Shown: in pieces, positions 8,813-15,924 of the stretch | Layout of the letters: each line of letters opens with the position of its first letter | Position numbering within the stretch: position 1 is the stretch's first letter | NCBI GenBank assembly: GCA_030064935.1 | Contig: JASJEA010000140.1 | Span: 1 to 22,700, forward strand | Length of the DNA: 22,700 nucleotides | DNA from: Crocosphaera sp. | GTDB lineage: Bacteria; Cyanobacteriota; Cyanobacteriia; Cyanobacteriales; Microcystaceae | Direction of reading: 5' to 3' | Notes under the pieces: model-generated | Database searches by the model: none | Seen by the model: only the letters and a program-made list of their open reading frames with translations | Told to the model about the DNA's origin: nothing | Position numbers and translations under genes: made by a program

Positions 8813-11800
8813 TCATTTTTCTACACAAGTAGGACGATAGTATTGTTGATCGAACCAATTTGTCCATTGTCTAGAGGTTAAATTGTGGGTTAATAAATCG
8901 CAAGTTTTTTCTGTGAGAAAGATGTGACGATACCATAGAGGAAATTTTAACATATCCTTGACAGTAATCACAGTTAATAAACTATTTTTATCTAATTTTA
9001 TCTCTTTAATCTCATCATTACTTTGTATTTCTAATAAAATTGTTGAAGGTTGAAATATAGACCTAATTTCAATTTGATTATTTTTTTTCAAAATGGCTAA
9101 ATAGTTGCCATAAGGACTAATTTTAAAGTTTTTTATTTCAGTTTCCAAGGAAATTCTCTGGAGCTTAGTAAAATTATTTGTCTTCAATCTCTGATTATTG
9201 CCAACTTGCCAAATAGTCAATTTATTAGTGTTATTTTTAGTTATAAAATATTCTTCTAATTTACTCCATTGAATCTGTTTTATATGATCAGAAAACAAGC
9301 ATTTTATTGGAGTAAAAAGTTTACTATCATATAAACATATTTTACCATTATCATAGGTTATTAAATAGTTACTTTTTGGACTAAAACTAATGATTTTTGA
9401 GATAATTTCTTGACTGATTGACTGTTCTATGTTAAGAATAAAGCCTTTATTATTTTGAGAAATAATGCCTAAAAACTTACTATCTGGGCTAAAATTCAAG
9501 GAGTCAATATGATTGTTGAAAATAATTTTTCCTTGATTGAATTTTATGTCTGGTTTGAGTCTCCAAAGTCTTGTTTTCCAGTCATCACTAGCAGTCACTA
9601 AATAGTTTTCATTAGCACTAAATTGAAGATAATTAATAACATCTAAATGAATCAAATTAGCCATTAGCTTCCAGACATTATCATTACTTCTCTTCCAAAT
9701 TTTAACAGTTTCATTATCAACAATGCCTAAATAATTACCTTGTGAACTCAAGATTATTTGCTGTATATTTTTCTCATTATTAATACCAGTATCAACAATT
9801 GTGTTATTGGTAGTATTGAGTATTTTTATTCGATTACTTTTATCTATTATTGCTAACTTTTCATCTTCTGATATTAAACTAAATTTATCAAATTCTGAGG
9901 GTAAAGAAGTCATTTTAATCTCATTATTCGGTGTAATTTTCCATGAACGAACAGTATTATCCCAACTGGCAGTAATTATTGTTTGATTATTCAAAATTTC
10001 AACATCTACTATGGGGGCATTATGAAATATTTCGGCCGATAAACCATTATTAGAATCTAGTTGCCAAACTCTTCCTTTACCTGCATCATCTACGGTTATT
10101 AAATGTTTATTATTGGAAGTAAAAATAGCTTTATTTATAGTAAATTGATGACTAAAAGACTTATAAAAATTATCTTCTTTTATAATCCTATTTTTATGTT
10201 TAAAAATATCATTTATATTCCAGATTTTTGCTACATTTTTACTAGCTGTAACTAACCTTTGATCATCATTACTTATAGCAATATCTAAAACTTTATTAGA
10301 ATGTTGAATCTGATAGTCTTCTTTGGTGTCAAGATTAATAACTTTAACTTTTCCATCTGAACTTGCAGTTATTACTAATTTACCATTATGACTAAAAAGA
10401 ACCTTATTAACCCCTTTTTTGTGTTCAATTATTTTGATATTTTCCCCTGTTTCAAAATTCCAAATCTGAGCCGTTTTATCTAAACTTCCTGTAATTAAAT
10501 AGGGATCAATAGAACTAAAAGCAAGACTAAGAATATTTCCTTTATGAACTAAAGAAGTGATTTTCTTTTGATTGAGATGCAACAATTTGATCTTATAATC
10601 TGCTCCAACTGTAGCCAGATAATTATGATCAGGAGAAAAGGCAATTTTATTAACACTAGAGCCGTGTTTAAATGTTAACTTTAACTTACCATTTTGATGC
10701 CAAACTTTAACATTACCATCAATACTTGCTGTAGCAAAATAATTGTTATCTCCACTAAAAGCAACTGTATTAATACTATAATTATCATGATGCAATTTAT
10801 GAATTAGTTGACCATTAATATCCCATAAATAAGCATTCCCATCTAAACCACCTGTTAAAATTCTCTTCCCATTTTGACTTATGGCAACATCATTAACTTG
10901 ATTTTCATGAAAGAATACTCGATGATTTTTTGCTATTTTAGCTAAGTCTCGATAAAAGTCTAAGGGTATAGGAAGATTATCATTTCTTCGTAAACCTTCT
11001 ATTTGAAGTATAATTTTTGCTTCTAAGTTATCTTGTTCTATTTTTTTAGCACTTAGCATTAAGTTACGTGAAAGTTGTTCTTGATATTGTCGGTTAGACT
11101 GATACCATTGAATTGCTAAAAATGAACTAATTAAGAAGATAAGAAGACTGCTAAATATAAATTTTAATCTGTCTTTCTTATTTCTTTCTTGTCTTTCATG
11201 TTTTTTAACAGAATAATGAAGAAATTTTAAGTCTTCTTTGGTTAATTCTTGTCCTTTACTTGCCCATTTTTCAAATTCTTGTACTTCTTGAGGAGATAAA
11301 AAATATCTAGATTTATTAGATTCAGATGTTGCCCATTTTTGAAAAGCAACAACATAAAAATCAGGCCTTACTTTTGATAATTGTTCTTGAATTTTTTCAG
11401 CTATCCAAGTTTCATCAAAAATAGTTCTATAAATTTTATTGTAAACCTGTAAAGAGTTGTTAGTTTTGATAATCAAACCAGATAGTCTTAACTCATATTG
11501 TTGATAAGTATCTTGATTAAAGATAAATCGACTTTTCAGTATTTGCTGATATAGTATTAACAATTCAATTACAGAATGAGAATTATTGACAATCCGATTT
11601 TCTATAATTTGTAAATGAATAGGATCATCATTGGCTCGCCAATTCTTAATTATATTTTCTCTAATTAATTGTTCTGTACTTAACTTATTTTGAGATATTT
11701 TTTGATAACAATCAACCATTAACTGACAAATTTTTACTGTTAAAAATGGTTGTCCTCCAGTCCAAGATAATATTTCTTTGAGTATTTCTTTGGGCTTTTT

Positions 11801-12469
11801 AAAATAGGAATCTAAACCTTTAATTAAGGTTATTTCTACTTCTTGAAATGTAAAACCTTGTAATTCAATAGCTTTACCAATATTGAAAGGAGTTCTTTGT
11901 TTATCTTGAATTAAATGATAAGGGCGAGTTACTCCCAATAAGCAAAAAGTTAAACGATTAAAATTATCATTTTTAGCTCTGTTATTAAAACAAGCTCTAA
12001 TTGAAGCAAAAAAGTCATCCGTCGAGAAATCCAAATTAAGTACGGTATCAATTTCATCAATAAAAATAACAATTCTAGTCTTTATTTTCTCTAAGAGAAT
12101 ATCTTTTAAAAATACCTCCCATCGACTTGAAAAAGATAATAGTTCTTGTTTTTTCCACCAAGATGATAGATTAAATGTCAGGTTTAAACTACGATAAATT
12201 TTAGATATTATAGTGGCATACCACTGTTCGATTGTTAAGCTATTTCCAATACTACTTAGATCAAGATTAACAACTATAAAACCTTGTTGATGAAGTTTTT
12301 TACTTACCTGAAATTGTAAGCTTGTTTTTCCCATTTGCCGAGCATTAAAAACATAACAAAACTCTCCTTTTACTAAATAGTTAAAAAGTTCTTTATCAGC
12401 TTTTCTGGTAACATAATAAGGACTATCAGGAGGTAAAGCACCGCCAATTTGATAATAATTTATGGTCAT
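8813..12469 (-). CDS. AAA_35/STAND-like P-loop NTPase, single TM helix, multi-blade WD40 beta-propeller protein
   Basis: 1218 aa. The N-terminus YQIGGALPPDSPYYVTRKADKELF...ARQMGKTS (Walker A), IVIFIDEID (Walker B), RTPFNIGKAIEL and WTGGQPFLT match the cyanobacterial AAA-like (PF14516-type) family from memory. Hydrophobic helix LKFIFSSLLIFLISSFLAIQWY (aa 435-456, nt 11102..11167) follows a KKHERQERNKKDR patch. Then about 14-16 WD-like blades (e.g. VNDVAISQNGKRILTGGLDGNAYLWD, INTVAFSGDNNYFATASIDGNVKVWH). The C-terminal motif has two Cys residues. Confidence 0.85.
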   Translation of the reverse strand: MTINYYQIGGALPPDSPYYVTRKADKELFNYLVKGEFCYVFNARQMGKTSLQFQVSKKLHQQGFIVVNLDLSSIGNSLTIEQWYATIISKIYRSLNLTFNLSSWWKKQELLSFSSRWEVFLKDILLEKIKTRIVIFIDEIDTVLNLDFSTDDFFASIRACFNNRAKNDNFNRLTFCLLGVTRPYHLIQDKQRTPFNIGKAIELQGFTFQEVEITLIKGLDSYFKKPKEILKEILSWTGGQPFLTVKICQLMVDCYQKISQNKLSTEQLIRENIIKNWRANDDPIHLQIIENRIVNNSHSVIELLILYQQILKSRFIFNQDTYQQYELRLSGLIIKTNNSLQVYNKIYRTIFDETWIAEKIQEQLSKVRPDFYVVAFQKWATSESNKSRYFLSPQEVQEFEKWASKGQELTKEDLKFLHYSVKKHERQERNKKDRLKFIFSSLLIFLISSFLAIQWYQSNRQYQEQLSRNLMLSAKKIEQDNLEAKIILQIEGLRRNDNLPIPLDFYRDLAKIAKNHRVFFHENQVNDVAISQNGKRILTGGLDGNAYLWDINGQLIHKLHHDNYSINTVAFSGDNNYFATASIDGNVKVWHQNGKLKLTFKHGSSVNKIAFSPDHNYLATVGADYKIKLLHLNQKKITSLVHKGNILSLAFSSIDPYLITGSLDKTAQIWNFETGENIKIIEHKKGVNKVLFSHNGKLVITASSDGKVKVINLDTKEDYQIQHSNKVLDIAISNDDQRLVTASKNVAKIWNINDIFKHKNRIIKEDNFYKSFSHQFTINKAIFTSNNKHLITVDDAGKGRVWQLDSNNGLSAEIFHNAPIVDVEILNNQTIITASWDNTVRSWKITPNNEIKMTSLPSEFDKFSLISEDEKLAIIDKSNRIKILNTTNNTIVDTGINNEKNIQQIILSSQGNYLGIVDNETVKIWKRSNDNVWKLMANLIHLDVINYLQFSANENYLVTASDDWKTRLWRLKPDIKFNQGKIIFNNHIDSLNFSPDSKFLGIISQNNKGFILNIEQSISQEIISKIISFSPKSNYLITYDNGKICLYDSKLFTPIKCLFSDHIKQIQWSKLEEYFITKNNTNKLTIWQVGNNQRLKTNNFTKLQRISLETEIKNFKISPYGNYLAILKKNNQIEIRSIFQPSTILLEIQSNDEIKEIKLDKNSLLTVITVKDMLKFPLWYRHIFLTEKTCDLLTHNLTSRQWTNWFDQQYYRPTCVEK

Positions 12470-12475
12470 TTTTAA

Positions 12476-13936
12476 TTATAAGTTTTCCTTAAAGTATTGA
12501 TAATATAAATCACAGAAACAGTAACTACTACTCATAGATTCATCCATTTTAGTTAACCCTAGTCCATACAATTTCCAAGTAATAATAGGATCTAATTTTA
12601 TGGGATTAGTTGCTCTGAGAATTCTTCCATAAGCTTGAACTAATTCTTGTGATTGTTTAACGATACCTAACAACCCTTGTAAATGATTAGCATAGATTTT
12701 TTGCTTGTGCTTAGATGATTCTATTATATTTTCTAAAGTTGCTTCAGGATAATTTTTTAAATATTTAAAAGTTAAAGTTACTAAATAAGGATGCCCACCA
12801 ATCAAACTCGATAAAGCTTCAATTTCTTTCTCTTTCAAGGTTAAATCATACTGCTTTGATAATTCTTTAATTTCTTGACTGTTAAACGTTTGAATAGCTA
12901 TTATTGTACCAACATTAGCTAAAGGTGAATTATTTTTGTTGAGGGTAGCATAAATTTCTGTAGAGTGACTAAGAATTAAATGAAGTTTTTTCCATAATTG
13001 ATATTTATGGTTTTCGGGAGAACGTGAATTATTAAAAAAATCACGTAATGTACCACAAAAGTCTTGATCATAAGGTTGTCTAAAAACAATATCTAAATCA
13101 TCCAAGACAATAATCAAGTCTTCGGTGAAAACGGATAAAAATTCTTCAAATAATATGGTTATATTTTCGTTAGGTGGCAATACATTTTCCCATTTTTCAA
13201 TTAATTTTTGCTCTAAATTTAATTTTTTCAGTAAAGATGCTAAAAAATACTGCATCAAATTTTTATAATCACATAAAACAGAAGAATCACAATGCTTAAA
13301 ACTAAAATAGACAATTTTATACTGATTGTAACTCTTTAGTTGTTTCAAAATATTAGTAAGCAAACAAGTTTTTCCCATTAATCTAGGAGAGCGAATTCGC
13401 ACTAATGAACCTAGCTCTAAGATATTTTTTATATATCTTTGTTCCATAGGAATATTTCTAATAAAGGGTAAAAAATTTAGACCATATTCTGTTAGTCTGC
13501 TAGAGCTCACCAATTCAGATTTATATTTCCAAAATAAAGCAACTAATTTTTCTCGTTTATCACTATTATTAAAACCAAAATGTTTCCCTGAATAATGAAT
13601 ATTTTGCCTTACTCTTTGTTTGACTTTTTTTAAAACTTCTGGATCTATTTCCTTTCTTAAGTTGTGTAAACGCCTAATAATTTCTGGATTATGTAATCTC
13701 TTCTCAATTTGTTGTCTTTGTTCTTGACTCATCTGATTAAAAAGTAGTGCAATTTCTTCTTGACACAAACTGATTAAAATCAAGGCTATTTCTTCAGTAT
13801 AAAAAATAAAATTAAGTCTGGCACTTTCTAGATCAGAAAACCCCAACAATAACAATTTTAAGCTTAATTTTTGCTTGCAAGGTAAGGTTTCGTATCTAGC
13901 CTCAAATTCTTGTTGGTTTTGCGGAATATTTATCAT
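12476..13936 (-). CDS. AAA_35/STAND-like P-loop NTPase with a helical N-terminal domain of about 190 aa
   Basis: Walker A-like RSPRLMGKTCLL, Walker B LIIVLDDLD, SPLANVGTIIAIQTF, IGGHPYLVTLTFKYL, C-terminal KLYGLGLT...CDLYYQYF. This is the same family layout as the N-half of the downstream gene. The track start is TTG 13954, and ATG 13936 (MINIPQNQ...) is the first ATG. The stop lies 6 nt from the next gene's ATG. Confidence 0.8.
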   Translation of the reverse strand: MINIPQNQQEFEARYETLPCKQKLSLKLLLLGFSDLESARLNFIFYTEEIALILISLCQEEIALLFNQMSQEQRQQIEKRLHNPEIIRRLHNLRKEIDPEVLKKVKQRVRQNIHYSGKHFGFNNSDKREKLVALFWKYKSELVSSSRLTEYGLNFLPFIRNIPMEQRYIKNILELGSLVRIRSPRLMGKTCLLTNILKQLKSYNQYKIVYFSFKHCDSSVLCDYKNLMQYFLASLLKKLNLEQKLIEKWENVLPPNENITILFEEFLSVFTEDLIIVLDDLDIVFRQPYDQDFCGTLRDFFNNSRSPENHKYQLWKKLHLILSHSTEIYATLNKNNSPLANVGTIIAIQTFNSQEIKELSKQYDLTLKEKEIEALSSLIGGHPYLVTLTFKYLKNYPEATLENIIESSKHKQKIYANHLQGLLGIVKQSQELVQAYGRILRATNPIKLDPIITWKLYGLGLTKMDESMSSSYCFCDLYYQYFKENL

Positions 13937-13974
13937 AAGGTATTGTTTTAACAAATAGTTTAATATGCGAAGAG

Positions 13975-14865
13975 TTAAAACTTTTGAGCAAATCTTAATT
14001 TTGCCGAACGGGAACGAGGGTTTTTTTGTTGTTCTTCTGGTTGAGGAATAATGGGCTTTTTGGTAACCACCTTTAATAATAAAGAATCTCGAAAACTGTA
14101 TTTAACCCGACGATCTTCAAGACTATGAAAACTAATAATCCCAATATACCCCCCAGTTTCCAGCCAATGGGGGGCCTTTTCTAAGAACCTTTCTAACGAG
14201 CCTAATTCATCATTGACTGCAATCCGTAACGCCTGAAAAACGCGCGTAGCAGGGTGAATACGACCATAACGTTGTTTTGGGGGAAAACACTGAGCGATCG
14301 CCTCAGCCAACTCTGTTGTGGTTGTAAAGGGGCGTTTTTGTACCAAACGACGAGCAATGGATCGCGATCGCCTCTCTTCCCCATACTGATAAAATAGATC
14401 AGCGAGGCTATTTTGATCCCAATGATTAATAATCTCAGCCGCCGTCAAAGACTGTTGACGGTTCATGCGCATATCGAGGGGGGCACTATGGCGAAAGCTG
14501 AAACCCCGTTCTGGTACGTCAAATTGGGGAGAACTTACCCCTAAATCCGCAATAATACCGTTAAACTCACCGATTTGACCTGGATAGTCTCCAAAGTTCC
14601 CTTGCCAAACTCGGAACCGCTCCCCTGCTATGGGCCGTAAATAGGCTTGAGTTGTGGTGATCGCTTCCTCATCAAGATCAATGGCAGTAACTCTAACATC
14701 AGGAAAGGCTTGCAAAATGAGACGACTATGGCCACCTCTTCCTAGGGTAGCATCCAAATAATGTCCCTTGGGTTGAATCCATAAACCCTCTAGCACTTCC
14801 TGGGATAGAACTGGAATATGAGTGGAAATATCAGTCGGTTGATCAAAGTCATGGTTTGGGATCAT
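13975..14865 (-). CDS. rsmH: 16S rRNA (cytosine1402-N4)-methyltransferase
   Basis: 296 aa with MraW/RsmH motifs: [15 protein letters not shown] (SAM site), [27 protein letters not shown]. Confidence 0.92.
   Translation of the reverse strand: MIPNHDFDQPTDISTHIPVLSQEVLEGLWIQPKGHYLDATLGRGGHSRLILQAFPDVRVTAIDLDEEAITTTQAYLRPIAGERFRVWQGNFGDYPGQIGEFNGIIADLGVSSPQFDVPERGFSFRHSAPLDMRMNRQQSLTAAEIINHWDQNSLADLFYQYGEERRSRSIARRLVQKRPFTTTTELAEAIAQCFPPKQRYGRIHPATRVFQALRIAVNDELGSLERFLEKAPHWLETGGYIGIISFHSLEDRRVKYSFRDSLLLKVVTKKPIIPQPEEQQKNPRSRSAKLRFAQKF
14294..14301. repeat. HIP1 octamer GCGATCGC
   Basis: Direct read, within rsmH. Confidence 0.95.
14364..14371. repeat. HIP1 octamer GCGATCGC
   Basis: Direct read, within rsmH. 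Confidence 0.95.
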
Positions 14866-15070
14866 AAAAACTTAGGCTTTAGGGTAACGACAAAGACGTG
14901 AACAAGGAAGGGGAGTGGTACTTTTTTGAGGTGAGTTCGGTGTTGGGAGTTCGGAGGGCGGCTAAGCCGTGCTTCGCAACGGAGTTGTGGTTTTTTAAAT
15001 GAAATAATGAGGGTTTGAGACTGCTGATTTGAGTAAGTTGTCTACAAATTCCCTTATATCGAACTTAGGT

Positions 15071-15099
15071 TTGTTTGGGAAGGATCAGGAACTTATAAT
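15071..15099 (+). promoter_or_regulatory. Candidate sigma70-type promoter (TTGTTT-N17-TATAAT) for the DUF4168-like gene
   Basis: TTGTTT at 15071..15076 and TATAAT at 15094..15099 with a 17-nt spacer. It sits in the divergent intergenic region upstream of the plausible start codons 15152/15173/15230. It conflicts with use of the ATG at 15098. Confidence 0.3.
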
Positions 15100-15151
15100 G
15101 CTTAAAATAATTCAAAAAAAAAGAAGCCCAGGCGGGGATTCGGTTATTATT

Positions 15152-15637
15152 ATGAATTTGGCGGCTCAACGCATGGTGTTTATTCACTGTTCCCTTTTTA
15201 ATTTGGACAGAATCTTCACTCGTTCTCTTATGTCTAGTTTAGTAGCACTTATCGGTATTCTTCATGGGTGTAGTCTTGTTCCGACTGTTTCTCCCACTCC
15301 ATCGCCGCCACTCTCTAATTTTAGTGATGAAGAGGTCAAAAATTATGCTCAAACTGTTCTAGAAATCGAAGATAAGCGTCAAATTGCTTATCAAGAAATA
15401 GAAGATATTATTGAGAACCAACCTCCAGAGATTGCTTGTAACCAACCAGATAGCTTAAAGCAGTTACCCACACAAGCACAAACGATTGCAGTGGACTTTT
15501 GCAATCAATCTAAGAAAATAGCCCAGGATAGCGGTTTAAATTCCAATAAATTTAATGCTATTACGGAAAACGCTCAAAAAGATGACACTTTAAGGAAAAG
15601 AATCCAAAATGCGATGATTGGTCTTCAACAGCCCTAA
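15152..15637 (+). CDS. DUF4168-like secreted protein or lipoprotein (start uncertain)
   Basis: The C-terminal about 110 aa (SDEEVKNYAQTVLEIEDKRQIAYQEIE ... IAVDFCNQSKKIAQDSGLNSNKFNAITENAQKDDTLRKRIQ) look like DUF4168. A hydrophobic stretch ends in a lipobox-like LHGC. The TTG 15029 track start gives an implausibly long leader. In-frame ATGs lie at 15098, 15152, 15173 and 15230. Confidence 0.65.
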   Translation: MNLAAQRMVFIHCSLFNLDRIFTRSLMSSLVALIGILHGCSLVPTVSPTPSPPLSNFSDEEVKNYAQTVLEIEDKRQIAYQEIEDIIENQPPEIACNQPDSLKQLPTQAQTIAVDFCNQSKKIAQDSGLNSNKFNAITENAQKDDTLRKRIQNAMIGLQQP

Positions 15638-15924
15638 AGGGCTTCTCCATAAGTCAGTTTAAATCAGTTTAGGACAACCATCTGACAATTGTAATTATTT
15701 GTAAGGGATCAACTCTTTTGAGGTGAAATTTAGGGCATATTGACTAGAATGGGAAGAGGTGTTTTCCTCTTTGTTATAGAACACTTGCACCATTCAGGTG
15801 ATTCAACTTGAAAGGGAATGAGGAAAAATAATCTTCTTAACCGTGAACAACAATAGTCGTCTTGCGACAGATTCTAATTGAATTAATCAAGACTGTTACT
15901 AATTTTTGCTCAACAATCCTTGCC

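Noticed and set aside
9801-9986. 61-aa plus-strand ORF inside the WD40 gene
   Set aside because: It is a hydrophobic artefact of T-rich antisense sequence in an AT-rich gene.
8813-12469. The WD40-rich, AT-rich gene as eukaryotic contamination or a mis-assembly
   Set aside because: It has 6- and 16-nt junctions with bacterial-type neighbours on the same strand and contains no introns or stops. The AAA-like N-terminus plus C-terminal Cys motif is typical of cyanobacterial WD40 proteins.
6483-13975. A dusA-targeting integrative element (dusA is a known integration hotspot)
   Set aside because: Known dusA-specific elements insert in the 5' part of dusA and carry a tyrosine integrase. Here the AT-rich block abuts the intact 3' end, and I saw no integrase, excisionase or duplicated dusA fragment.
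14202-14384. 60-aa minus-strand alternative-frame ORF inside rsmH
   Set aside because: It is out of frame within a gene that has clear RsmH motifs.
15745-15775. aagagg-tgtttt-cctctt stem-loop after the DUF4168 gene as an intrinsic terminator
   Set aside because: It has only a 6-7-bp AU-rich stem with no trailing U-tract and sits more than 100 nt past the stop codon. That is too weak to call.
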